Of a stretch of 64,000 nucleotides of DNA, positions 26,330 to 39,559 are shown one piece after another. The position numbers and the translations under genes were made by a program. The DNA is taken from the NCBI GenBank assembly GCA_951406725.2, contig OX597816.1, positions 82,708,001-82,772,000 on the forward strand, written 5' to 3'. Numbering within the stretch: the first letter of the stretch is position 1; each line of letters opens with the position of its first letter. A model generated the notes under the pieces. It was given only the letters and a program-made list of their open reading frames with translations, ran no database searches and had not been told where the DNA came from. The DNA comes from Octopus vulgaris (lineage: Eukaryota).

Positions 26330-27230
26330 TTAGCAGTGTAGCTCTAGCCTGCCTGATGAAGAGCCTTGTCTCATGCGACCCACTTCTTAGAAAAAGTTGC
26401 CCATGCCTGGCTTAGACTGTTATTATCAATGACTGCAGGAAACCATGTACGAGGAGAGAATCTTAGAGAGCTGATGTTCTAGGAACAAATGACCAAGTGT
26501 AGTGGTTAGCAGGGTCTAGTGATGTGAATGATGAGAGGTAGAGGGATGAGTAATGCGTAAGTGGAAGTGACATGAGACAAGCCATCACTAAGGAATTGAG
26601 GCCACTGTGGTAGCTGTAGAGAAGACACAAAGTGGACATAGCACATATGCACCAGAAGTTGGTGTTTGTGAGTGTGATTTTGTGTCAGTTGAGTGGCTTT
26701 TCTTTGGATGCAGGCTAAGATGTCACTGTGTGCAGCATGCAACACCATCATCATTCCAGATGTAGGGGAAGCACTGCATTATGGATCTCAGCTGAAATTA
26801 ATAGAGGGTCAGTCATTGCTGACAGCTAATGAATTAAGAAAGCATAAAAGGTCAAAGATCAAGAGATGCAATCAAAAACCAGGCTTAGTCAAGGAAAGAA
26901 GTGCCTGTGACCTTCACAGATGCACTGAGACTGGTAATATAGCTGATGTTCAATTTCCAACTTTTGAGAGATGGTCATGCCTCTTTGTTTCTTTATGATC
27001 ATCATTGATGTAAATTAAATGAGAATTACCATAGTTACAAGAAGGAATATGATACAGTAGGGTCTCTTTTCGAACAATTTGTAAGCAATAACTCCAAGAG
27101 GTTTTAAGTTTTAAAAGTATGAAGCAGGGGAGGTAACTTCAGTGAAGTCAGCTGAAATTTTTGGAAAATGAAGATGAATTCAGAACTGAATTGTTGATAT
27201 TACTGACAGGAAGCTTTAGGTGTAATCTAG
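26330..27230 (-). mobile_element. Old LINE remnant (CR1/Jockey-type RT C-terminus)
   Basis: Minus-strand fragments LRSIMQCFPYIW, ILACIQRKATQL, NHYTWSFVPRTSAL*DSL. Confidence 0.6.
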
Positions 27231-28779
27231 TGATAGATATATTATGTGCTTTTACACTTTTGCTGGTTTGTTTTACTAGTCTGTGGCCATGCTAGAGCTC
27301 TAATCAATTATAACAACCACAGTATGTAATTTTAGGTGTATTTCTTTGGTTGACTTTTGAAGGATTGACTTGGACCAGATATGAACTAAAAGCTTAAAGG
27401 GATGTAACCAAATATTGCAAGGGTTTTTTGTCTGCTACTCCAATAATTCTGTCATCTAGCACCTTTTATAATACTATTGCAGGGAGCTTCTATGTGTTCG
27501 CCTAGCCTGCTAAAAATACAGTAAGAACTTCAAATCACAAACTTCCTGACTCAAAAATAAAAGAATGAAGTACAGATTGGCTAATGTATCCCTTGATGTA
27601 TTATGTTTGGAAATAAGACATGATGGTCAGTAGGAATGTCTTTCATTCTAGGCCTTGCCCAGAGCTAAATAACAACTAGTCTATTAATTTCTCATTTAGC
27701 TACATAAAGGAATAAACTTATATGATATTCATGTATTTTTAGTTCCTCTTATTTTTTCTCTTTCAAATGGAATGGAGTGAAGTGAATTGGAGTAATTCCA
27801 ATAAAGAACTGAAACTGGCATGTAGTGGGGTGAAGTTTGAAGAAGGATGAGGAAAAAGGAGATGACAGAAGTGGTGAGAAGAAAAGAAAAAAGAAAAACA
27901 AATGAAGAAATGTGAAAGGAGGAGAAGAGCAAGAAGTAAAAGAAATAGTTGGGTTAGTTTTAATACTTTATCAGGAAGAAGAGCTGTGCCCATGATCCCT
28001 TTCAAGGCCTCTGAAACTGGTGTGGGAAGGATGGATGTATTCTTAAACCAGAGACATGATCTGAATGTTTGTAACAGGATGGAAATCTACTAAAGGTGCC
28101 TAAGGGTTTGGTGACAGATATTAAGTCTACTACCCAAGTTGGTCATGGTGGGATTTGAACTCAAAACATTATGAACTGAAACAAATAGTACCTGATGATC
28201 TCATAATTCTACTACTTACTACTCTTGCCTGGTACTTTATTTAGCAACTCTGAAAGGATGAAAATCAAAGTGGATTTTGGTAGGGAGTGTTGTTGTTTTA
28301 TCCCACATCAACCTCGATAGAAATAAGGAAAAAAAAAACCCTATGATCAGAGGCATTCTAGCCATGACCAATCTATCTTTTTCCTATGTGCATGGAACCC
28401 ATGACTACATTATCTGTTAAGTGCTGTTCTAGCATGCTGGAGTTTTATTTCTGAGTTCTCTCATTGCTATTCCTAGCACATTGAGTGGCATCATAGAGGC
28501 TGTCTTGTTGGCTCAAGTGTGGTTAAGTGGGAAGGAAAGGGAAACTCAAGAAGAGGAAGGCAGATATAAGTGAAGAAGCCAAAAATAAAATTTAAAAAAC
28601 AGAATAAAAATCAAATAAACTAATAAATATGCCAAAAGAACAAGTAGAAATTGGAACCTAAAAACAAAAATGAAAGAAAAATAAACCACAAGAAACTAAA
28701 TGAGGTGAAGATGTGATTTGAAACAAAGGCTGAAAATATATGTTGTTTAGAAAACAAAATACTTCAGGAAAACATCTTA

Positions 28780-30660
28780 AGAGGTCATTCAAAAATTTTC
28801 AGTTCAAATTCAAATGAAATCAACTTTTCCTTTTCATCTTTCTGGAGTTGATAGAATAAGTATCTGGGTTGATTTAATCAACTGTTTTTCTCTCTAAAAT
28901 TTTTGGTCTTTTGTTAGAAATCTTTATTATAATTATTATGAGGTCAGTGGGTTGGCAGGATTGTTAGAGAGTCAGGTGAAATGCCTTGGACTACTTATTC
29001 TGCCTCTTAACATTTAGAGTTCAAATCATACTGCAGTCAACTTTGCCTTTCAAGATTTGTGGGGTTCAATGAAATGAAGTACCGATTAAATACTGGAGTT
29101 GATTGTTTTGACTAACACCACCCTCTCAAAACTGTTGGTCTTGTGCCTAAATTAAAAAAAACAAACTATTATTATTGATATTATTATTAAGGCAGTTAAC
29201 TGGCAAAATTGTAGGTATGCCAGGCAAAATGCTTAGTGGCATTTTATTTATCTTCACATTCACAAGTTCAAATTCTGTGTAGGTCAACTTTGCCTTTCAT
29301 TTTTTCAGGGTTGATAAAATAAAGTAACAGTTGGGATAATCAACTTATCTCCACTCTTGAAATTGCTGGTAGTGTGCCAAAATCTGAAGCCAGTATTATT
29401 AAGGTGGAAAAACTGGCAGAATTGTTAACACGTTGGGCGAAATACTTAGCAGTATTTCCCCTGTCATTATGTTCTGAGTTGAAATTCCACGGAGGTCGAC
29501 TTTACCTTTCATCCTTTCAGGGTTGATGAGTTAAGTACCAGTGAAACATGTAATTGACTAGTCCCCTCCCCGCAAAATTTGAGGCCTTGTGCCTCCAGTA
29601 AAAAGGATTATTATTATTATTGTTATTATTATTAAGGTATCAAGCTGGCAGAATTGTCAGCACACGAGGCAAAATGTTTAGCATCATTTTGCCTGTCTTT
29701 ACATTCTGAGTTCAAATTCTGCCGAGGTTGACTTTATCTTTCATACTTTTGTAGTTGATAAAATAAGTACTAGTTGAACACTGGGGTCAATGTAATCAGT
29801 TTCTCTATCCCCTCCCCTGAAATTTGGCCTTGTGCCAAAATGTGAAACCATTATCATTATTATTATTAAGGTGGCAAGCTGGTAGAATCATTAGTGCACT
29901 GGACAAAATGCTTAGTGGTATTTCATCCATTATATTCTGAGTTCAAATTCCACTGAGGTTGACTTTTTCTTTCATCCTTTTGGGGGTCGATAAAATAAGT
30001 ACCAGTTGAGTATAGGGGTTGATGTAATCGACTTACTCCCTCCACCAAACTTGTTGAACTTGTCCCAAAATTTGAAACCATTGTTATTATTATTATTAAG
30101 GCTGCAAACTGGCAGAATTATTGGCATAATGGGTAAAATGCAGATCAGCATTTTGTTCATCTCTTCATTTGGGTTCAGAATCTGCAAAAGCTGACTTTGC
30201 CTTTCATCCTTTTGGGGACGATAAAATGAGTACCAGTTGAGCACTGGGGTCAACATAATTGATTTACCCAACTCTTGAATTTGCTAGACTTGTGCCAAAA
30301 TTTGAAACGAATATCTAGTCATGGTCCTTTCATCCTGTGTTCAAATCCCTCTTTGGTTACCTTTGCTTATCATTCTTCTATGGTCAACAAAGTAGAATAC
30401 CAGTCAAGTACTGAGGTTAATTTAATCAACTGACCCCTTCTCCAAAATTTAAAGGCTTGTGCTTATGATCCAAAAGGAAAAAAACAACAACTTTGTTATA
30501 AGGAATTCAATGGATGACAGAATTAGTTTAGAAAGCTTGGTTAGGTGCAGCTGTACTTACATATCCATATGTTCTGGTTTCAAAAACCCTACTGAGGATG
30601 ACTTGGACTTTCATCTTCCCAGGTTCAATAAGACAGGTACCAGTCAAGCACTGTTCCCTC
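28780..30660 (+). repeat. Head-to-tail array of about 8-9 SINE B copies separated by (ATT)n
   Basis: Unit starts (taagg/tgagg) at about 28939, 29188, 29400, 29633, 29867, 30097 and 30499, plus partial units; period about 230 bp; units are mutually diverged. Confidence 0.9.
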
Positions 30661-30859
30661 TAAGCTATGTGTATGCACATACAGACATACACATTTTTGC
30701 AACCAGCACACACAAAGAAAAAACTTCATTAATGTGCACAAAAAAAGTTTGTTACCCAAAGTGAAGTGGTACTAAGTAACTGATATGGCAGGTAAATACG
30801 GTTTATAATAATGTAAAAAACTAGTATTAATTACATGATATAATATCATAGATGCTGGT

Positions 30860-31250
30860 GTGGTTTTGAGGGAAAAAATTTAATTCTCAACCACATGGTT
30901 CTGGGTTCAGTCCCTTGTGTAGCACCTGTGGCAAGTGTCTTCTATTATAGCCTTGGGCTGACAAGAGCCTTGTGAATGGATTTGGTAGACGGAAACTGAA
31001 AGAAGCCCATCATATATATATGTATGTATGTATTTGTGTGTCTGTGTTTATCCCCCTACCATTGCTTGACATTAATGTTGGTGTGTTTATGTCCCTGTAA
31101 ATAAGTAGTTCAGAAAAAGAGACCAATAGAGTAAGTACTAGGTTTACAAAGAATAAGTCCTGGGGTTGATTTGTTCAACTAAAGGCAGTGATCCAGTATG
31201 ACCGAAACAAGTAAATGACTGAAACAAGTAAAAGAATAGAAAAAATAAAA
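30860..31250 (+). mobile_element. SINE family A
   Basis: Sequence match. Confidence 0.85.
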
Positions 31251-31311
31251 GAATATGTATAAAATAGGAAATTTTTATTGGTAAATCTCTTACTGAGATA
31301 CATTCAGTAAT

Positions 31312-31674
31312 GTAAAGATTATTTGCCAACATAACATGGCATTCGTGGTTTACAATGAATGTTACTGTTATTTAGCCTCAGGAAGCATCATCTCCAGCTG
31401 GCTATATGACACACTATCTGTGTCCTTATATTTTCCAACAAGGGAGTTTAACATCCCTACTCAGCACAAAACAATATCTGTGTATTGTAATTTCTGGGTT
31501 ATTTCCCTTCATCAGCGTAGAATAACTGTTCGGCTAGAGGTGGTGCTGCTAAATTCTTGTTTGAACAGATAGTGTGTCATATAGCCAGCTGGAGACGATA
31601 TTTCCTAGGGCTAAATAACAGTAACAGTCATCCTAAACCAGGACTGCCTCATTATATTGGCAAATAATCTTTAC
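31312..31674. mobile_element. Foldback/MITE-like element with about 110-bp inverted arms
   Basis: gtaaagattatttgccaa...ccagctggctatatgacacactatctgt (31312-31421) versus acagatagtgtgtcatatagccagctgg...ttggcaaataatctttac (31565-31674). Confidence 0.85.
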
Positions 31675-31809
31675 TCTAGAAGTCTGGTGCAGGCTCCTGC
31701 CTGGCCAGTTCCTGTCCAACCATCCAACCCATGCCGGCATGATGATAATGATGATGATGTATATGTTTTAATGTTTAAATGTCTGGTAGTAGTTTCATAC
31801 AATAACACA

Positions 31810-32033
31810 TAATAATCCTTTTCACAAAAGGCACAGGGCCTGAAATTTTGGGGGAGGGGACTAGTTGATTACACCAACCCCAGTGTTTCACTGGTACTTA
31901 ATTTATTGACCCCGAAAGAATGAAAGGCAAAGTCAACCTCAGTGGAATTAGAACTCGGAATGTAAAGATAGATGAACATGCACTAAGCACTTTGCCCAGC
32001 ATGCTAACAGTTCTACCAGTTCACTGCCTTAAT
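31810..32033 (-). mobile_element. SINE family B
   Basis: Reverse-complement match; a second copy lies at 32455-32622. Confidence 0.85.
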
Positions 32034-32070
32034 AATAATAATAGTGGTAATAATAAAAATAATAATAATA

Positions 32071-32422
32071 GCTGCATGCTCCTTTGACCCACAAATAGTC
32101 AAGAAGGAAGATGAAAAGATAGACAGATATACCCCTTTTAAGTACGAAATAACTCGGCTATAAAAAATGAAGAAGGTGAAGATAGTGCCAATTATTGTTG
32201 GATCCTTGGGAACAGTATGAGAAGGCATCAAGAGGAATATAAAGAAAATTGGAATAGAGTAGAACTGTTACAAAAGGTTTGCCTCCTTGGCATGACCAGA
32301 ATAATCAGGAAAGTAATGGATAGCGGAAAAGAATGAATAGCATGGAGCCTGCAGGTAGTAAGCCCGTTATGCATGCAAGACTCCAGGAGCTTCAACAAAA
32401 TGTGTGATAAAGAGAAGAAAAC
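32071..32422 (+). mobile_element. R4/Dong-clade LINE 3' fragment (restriction-like endonuclease C-terminus) in (TAA)n
   Basis: AACSFDPQIVKKEDEKIDRYTPFKYEITRL*KMKKVKIVPIIVGSLGTV*...LLQKVCLLGMTRIIRKVMD; (AAT)n on both sides. Confidence 0.8.
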
Positions 32423-32458
<36 letters not shown>

Positions 32459-32921
32459 CCTTTCCACTAAAGGCACAAAGCCTGAAACTAGTGGACTAGT
32501 TGATTACATCGATCCAATGTTTCACTGCTACTTATCGGCCCTGAAAGGATGAAAGGCAAAGTTGACCCCTGGGGAATTTGAACTCAGAATGTAAATACAG
32601 ACGAAATGCCGCTAAGCATTATAAGGGCAGGCATGGCATTGTATTAAAAAGTTTGCTTTAAGGGTTTCAGGATCAATCCCACTATGTGGTACATTGGGTA
32701 AGTGTCCTCCACTATAAGACTTGGGCAGATGAAACCCCTATGAGTGGATTTGATTGATGGAAACCAAAAGAAGTCTGTCTAATATATATATAAATATATA
32801 TATATAGTTAGGTAAAATTTAGGTAAAACACTTGTAGAATGCTATGCTAGGAATGATATATCACTCTGGGTATATATTATCACACTGAGTGAAATGGCAA
32901 GAGAATTTAACAAAAACCTTA

Positions 32922-33033
32922 TTTAAACAATTACCTGAAGTGGCACATTTTACACCTTGGATGTAAGATAATGATTTCACAGTATCTCATCTATGTAGTA
33001 AAGGTGTAAGAATGTGTCCAACAATTGTTTAAA
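32922..33033. repeat. Small foldback with TTTAAACAATT...AATTGTTTAAA termini
   Basis: Inner arms ggcacattttacacctt / aaggtgtaagaatgtgtcc. Confidence 0.6.
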
Positions 33034-33071
33034 AAAAAAAAATTATGTTGCTAGTTCCATTTTCTGTTATT

Positions 33072-33595
<524 letters not shown>

Positions 33596-33596
33596 A

Positions 33597-33612
<16 letters not shown>

Positions 33613-33640
<28 letters not shown>

Positions 33641-34812
33641 TGTGTACAGTGCTCAGGTGCACTACAACTCATCTAAAGTGTATATATAATCAGGTGTAGT
33701 TTCGGCATGGATTTCGGAAAGCATGAGGGCCTTAAAGGATGCAGTGTCATGGCAGTCAACAACTGATGAAGGCAGTTTATTCCATGCTTCAGCAACTCTG
33801 AGCGTGAAAAAATGTTTCCGAAAGTCATGGGAGCTGTGTTGTTTTCTGACTTTGTAGGCATGTCCACGTGTGTTAGACACATGGAGATCAAAAAGGTGTT
33901 CAGTGTTGTTATTGGTGAGGTGGTTGATAACCTTGTGGGTGTTTACCAAGTCCGTCGCCAGACGCCGGAGCTTCAGTGAATCCATGCCCAGGGAAACAAG
34001 GCGCTCAGAATATGGTAGGTGTCTGATGGAGGGTATGCGTTTGGTTGCACGTCTCTGGACAGATTCCAGGAGGTCAATGTTCTGAGCAAGATAGGGATTC
34101 CAAACTGATGATGCGAATTCCAAGTGTGGTCGTACCATAGCTGTATACAGTTTTAAATAGATGGCTGGAGAGCGGCTAACAAAAGTCTTGCTGAGTGATG
34201 CCAAGACACCCTCGGCCTTCTTGACAATTTTAGAGATATGCTTTGTCCAACGCAAATCACTGCTGACAGTGATGCCTAGGTCACGCTCGCAAGAGGATTT
34301 CTTGATATCAGTGTTGTGGAGGGAGTATGTGGACGCAGGGTTTTTTCTCCCAAAATGCATGGTGGTACACTTGTCCACAGCCAGTTTCAGTTGCCAGTCT
34401 GTGATCCATTGCTGCATTGTGTCTAGGTCTGATTGCAGGAAAGAGTTGTAGACATCAGGATCAGTCCTCTTGATTTCAAGGTACAGCTTGATGTCGTCTG
34501 CATATTTCAATACTGTGGCATTCTTTAAATTGGCATCTATGTCATTAATGTATGCCACAAACAGGAGGGGACCAAGGACAGATCCCTGTGGTACACCCGA
34601 TGACATCTCATATGGTGTAGAGTGCTGTCCTAGAACTGTGACTACCTCCTTTCGGCTGAGGATGAAGGATTTCAACCAGTTAAAAAGGTCATCCCCACAC
34701 CCATTGCAGAGAGTTTCACCATAAGCCTTTTGTGTGGCACAGAGTTGAAAGCCTTAGCAAAGTCAAGGTAGACAACATCCACCCATGAGCCACTGTCAGT
34801 GATCTGAGTAAT
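33613..34812 (-). mobile_element. 5'-truncated CR1-like LINE, reverse transcriptase ORF
   Basis: 337-aa ORF 33662-34675 with GVPQGSVLGPLLF, KYADD, ERDLG and VRPHLEFASSVWNP; upstream frameshifted DVVYLDFAKAFNSVPH; (TTA)n tail. Confidence 0.93.
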
Positions 34813-35132
34813 ATATATATATATATATATATATAAATATATATATATATAAATGTGTGTGTGTGAGTATGGATGTGTATGTGTTCATGTTTTTTGTCTT
34901 AATATTGTTTGGTTGTTTGTAAAGGAGTATTACCATTGTTGTACAAGCCATGTTATTTGTTTCCAATCTTCTACAGAAACACGTCTGGCAATTCAGAAAT
35001 ATTACTTTGCTTGGAAACAGGCGAGGGTTGGCGACAGGAAAGGTATCTGCTCATAGAAAATATATCTCAATGAATATCATCTGACCCAGGCAAGCATAGA
35101 GGAGTAAATATTAAAAGGATAATGATGACGAC

Positions 35133-35174
<42 letters not shown>

Positions 35175-36339
35175 ACAGATATTTAGTTGCACACATACTT
35201 TTGCCACTTGGGGGGAAAAAAAATGCAAATTTTTTGTGCAAACTGAGGACACTTCAGTCTGGTACTCTTGCCCACAAATTGTGGCCTTGTGCCCTGGGTA
35301 TTTGAAAGGGAGGTGGTGCAGTGAATTTTTCATGCCTCAGTCTTATTTGAGAATTTCCTGAGATCTCAGAAATTGTTTGCTTGTATTAAAGTATTAAAGA
35401 CTAATATTCACATTTTGAGGTGCCTTCCCACCAGAAATCAACCACACACAAAAAACAAATACAAACAAATAAACCAAAAAAACTGCTGTAACTTTGTACC
35501 CTTAGTAAATAAAATTCTTGCTTCTGCCAATGTTAAAAATTACTATCACATTTGAAGAATTCATAAAAAGCAGTTTTGAAGCATTTAGTTATGTCCCTTT
35601 AAATTTTGATTTTTTAAAAAAATCATGGCAAAATGACTTCAATATTCCTCCTCCAAGAATGAATCAACTATACCCCACCCACAAACAATGTTCATGTCAG
35701 AAATCATTATTATTTTTATTGATGCGTTATAGACTAAATATCAAAAAATTAATTAGGCCATGGTTCACTACATTTCAATAACCACACCTTCCTAGCTTGC
35801 ATTCAGGTGTTTTGCTTTATGCTGAAATGAAACCCACCATGTTGTTGCCACAGTCAGATGCCCGTGCATGTGTGTTTGGAATAAGGTTGCTTTCTTCATC
35901 TTCTGCTGCTTCGGTTCATCTTGCTCCTGCTCCTCATTTAACACTTCCCCTCTGTCTCCTTCTCTTCATCCTCCTCCTCCTCCTGTGCCTAAGCATTGTC
36001 GTCATTATTTTCGTCATCACCCCTCTGATGCTGCTGCTGTAGTCATTCAAACTGCAACCATCATATTCTTATTTCCATTCAATACACTGTTTAAAAATGA
36101 TCGTCTGCCATTATTGTCACCACCACCATAACCACTGCCGCTGCCACCTCCACCACGACAAAACCAAAACCAATACTAATGCTACCACCTTCACCACAAT
36201 TACCATCATCACAGTCATCATCATCATCATCATCATCATTATTGATATCATTATCATCGTCTTTCTCATTCCTCTTTAACCCAGATAAATTTTTGTAGTT
36301 TTAACCTTTATTTCATTCCAATGAAGAAAGATAAACATC

Positions 36340-36402
36340 TTATATATCTTTATGTGTATATGTATATACACTCACACAATACACACACACACACAACATA
36401 CA

Positions 36403-36452
<50 letters not shown>

Positions 36453-36477
36453 CATACACGCATATATATATACATAC

Positions 36478-36565
<88 letters not shown>

Positions 36566-36727
36566 TATATACATATATACATACATATATATAATTATAT
36601 ATATATATATTATTATGGCAACTGAATAATTGTCACGCATTATATTACAGATAAATTCCTCTATTTACATAATATTGAGGTCTCATTCATTCTTTTGTTG
36701 TCATACTATTACTATTACTATATATAT

Positions 36728-36781
<54 letters not shown>

Positions 36782-36918
36782 TTATTATTACTAAATAGTA
36801 CTGTTATTATCAGAAACCTATTTCTTGAATAATATATATAACTCCTTCTATATAATAAATTATTTACCTGCTATGTATTGAGTACCTTACTTACTGTGGT
36901 TACCCGAATCAACCCGGG

Positions 36919-36965
<47 letters not shown>

Positions 36966-37059
36966 GTATATAATATATATATTTATATATATACATACAT
37001 ATCTATTTATATATATGTATGTGTGTAAATATATATAAATATATTTATATATATGTGTG

Positions 37060-37090
<31 letters not shown>

Positions 37091-37163
37091 CACACAAACA
37101 GTGACATAGGGAGAGAGAGAGAAAGAAAGTGATTATACACACACATATTTCTGTGTATGTGTG

Positions 37164-37194
<31 letters not shown>

Positions 37195-37200
37195 AAACTG
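36340..37200. repeat. (TA)n-dominated microsatellite block with short unique inserts
   Basis: Direct inspection; inserts at about 36612-36720 and 36780-36920. Confidence 0.9.
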
Positions 37201-37214
37201 GCTTCCCAACAGTT

Positions 37215-37520
37215 ATGATGATGAGTGTTCCAGTTGATTCGATCAATGGAACTGCCTGCTTATGAAATTAATGTGCAAGTAGCTGAGCACTCCACACATA
37301 CACGTGCTGCTAATGTAGTTCTCAAGGAGATTCACTCTGACACAGATTGTGTTTAAGACTGGTCCTTTTGAATTGCAGTTACAACTCATTTCTTCCAGCT
37401 GCGTGAACTACAACAATGAAAAATAAAGTGTCTTGCTCAAGGACACAACATGGCATCATGAATCAAACTCACAACCTTCTGATTGTGAGCCAAATACTCT
37501 AGCCACTAAGTCACGTGTAA
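37215..37520 (-). mobile_element. SINE family D, full length with (CAT)n tail
   Basis: Minus-strand head cgtgacttagtggctagag...gagtttgattc; gtgtccttgagcaagacactttattt; ends ggaacactcatcatcat. Confidence 0.8.
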
Positions 37521-37554
37521 GCAATAGAGAGCCAGGTCAATAAAAATTTAAATA

Positions 37555-37840
37555 ATAATAATAATAGTTATAATAACGATAATTCTTTCTAATTTTGGCA
37601 CAAGGCCAGCAATTTTAGACAAAGTCTCTTAGCTGATATCATCAACCCCACTATGTGATTGGTACTTTATTTTTATCAACTCAAAATGGATGAAAGGAGA
37701 AGTTGACTGCAGCTGAATTTGACCACAGCCAGATTAATGGGCCAACAGAAATGTCTTGTTAGCATTTTGCCTGATATGTTAATCATTTCTACATGTTTGC
37801 CACCTTAATAACAGCAACAACAACAACAATAATGATAGTG

Positions 37841-37884
<44 letters not shown>

Positions 37885-38475
37885 CCTTTCTACTATAGGC
37901 ACAAGGTCTGAAATTTCTGGAGAGGGGACTAGTTGATCACATCGACTGCAGTACTCCACTGGTACTCAATTTATCGTCCCCGAAATAAATGAAAGGCAAA
38001 GTCAACCTTGGCAGAATCTAAACTCAGAATGTAAAGATGGACGAAATACAACAACAACAATAATCATAACAATCCATTTTACTATTGGCACAAGACCTGG
38101 AATTTGTGGGAAGAGGCCTTGTTGATTATACTGAATTCAGTGCTCAACTGGTACTTATTTTATCAACCCTGAAAGAATGAAAGGCAAAGTTGACGTCAGC
38201 AGATTTTGAACTCAGAACATAAAACCAGAAGAAATGCTGCTTAGTATTTTGTCTGACATCCAAACATTAATGATAATAATTATTTCTTTATTGCTCACAG
38301 GGAACTAAACATAGAGGGGACAAACAAGGACAGACAAAGGGATTAAGTTGATTACATCAACCCCAGTGCGTAGTTAATACTTTTTTAATCAACCCCGAAA
38401 AGATGAAAGGCAAAGTCGACCTCTGTGGAATTTGAACTCAGAACATAGCGGCAGACATTAATGATAATAATGATT
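37555..38475 (-). repeat. Second tandem array of 4 SINE B copies separated by (AAT)n/(AAC)n
   Basis: Units at about 37580-37810, 37880-38050, 38070-38270 and 38280-38465. Confidence 0.85.
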
Positions 38476-38849
38476 TTATTGTAAACATGAGTCAGAAAAG
38501 GGCTAAAAGAAGAGACAGAAGCAGCAATAACCCAAGCAAAGAAAGATAGCAATGGTAGTCAAAAGTATATTCAGAGAACACAGGTTGTACATTGTAGCCC
38601 AAGAAGATAAAGAAATGAACAGTAAAAGAACTATAAAGGAGAAAGCATACATAGGAATATGAGGAATTTGGGTTGGTGAAATACAAGGAATTTTTGAAGT
38701 ATACACTTTTGAGACAGCTTATAAGCAATATGAGTAGTTTATTCCATGCTTTGACTATTCTGGGTATGAAATAATATTTCTAAAAGTCATGGTTGCTGCA
38801 TTATTATTTTTGATTTTATGAACATGTCTATGGCTATTGTTGTTGTTTG

Positions 38850-39150
38850 TTTCTTCTTGAGCCATGCCTGACTTATAAGGGCCAGTTTCCTGGGTTTCTT
38901 TGGCGTATAGGTTTCCCACCTGGATGGGACACCAGTTTGTTGTAGGTGGGCTACTAGATGCAGTAGGAAAGAATGAGAGAAAATTGTGGTGAAAGAGTCA
39001 GCAAAAATTTGTCATTATCTTCAGCCAGAGCCACATGGAGCTTAGGTGTTTTGCTCATAAAGACACACATCCCCCGGTCTGTGATCTGAACCCGTGATCC
39101 TTCGACCATGAGTCCACTGCTCTAACCACTAAACCATGTGCCTCCACACT
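38850..39150 (-). mobile_element. tRNA-derived SINE (family D variant)
   Basis: Head gtggaggcacatggtttagtggttagagcagtggactc...gggttcagatc. Confidence 0.75.
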
Positions 39151-39559
39151 ATGGCTATTAGAAATACAGAATTCAAAAAGGTGACCCAAATTGTTAGAAA
39201 GATAGTGAATAACCTTATGGAATTTGGTCATGTCAGCTTCTTTTTGCATGTGGTTGGCGTTAGGAAGGGCATCCAGCTGTAGAAACATTGCCAGATCAAA
39301 CTGGGCCTGGTGCAGCCTTCTGGCTTCCCAGACCCCAGTTGAACCGTCCAACCCATGCTAGCATGGAAAGCGGACGCTAAACGATGATGATGATGATGAT
39401 GATGATGATGCCTAAAGAAGCAAGGCATTCAAGATATTGTTAGTGACAGATAAGATGTATTCATGAGGTTGCATGTTTCAGGACAGCTTCCAGTAGATCA
39501 ATATTTTGGACAAGACCAGGATTTCAAACTAGATATGCAAACTATGTGTAGATGTACCA

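Noticed and set aside
28780-30660. Regular repeat-spacer appearance (CRISPR-like)
   Set aside because: Units are about 230-bp diverged SINEs; eukaryotic context; no cas genes.
33662-34675. 337-aa ORF as a host gene or active LINE
   Set aside because: 5'-truncated RT with an upstream frameshift and no endonuclease domain.
35797-36279. Hydrophobic and His-rich ORFs resembling membrane proteins
   Set aside because: Low-complexity trinucleotide repeats (CCT, CAC, CAT).
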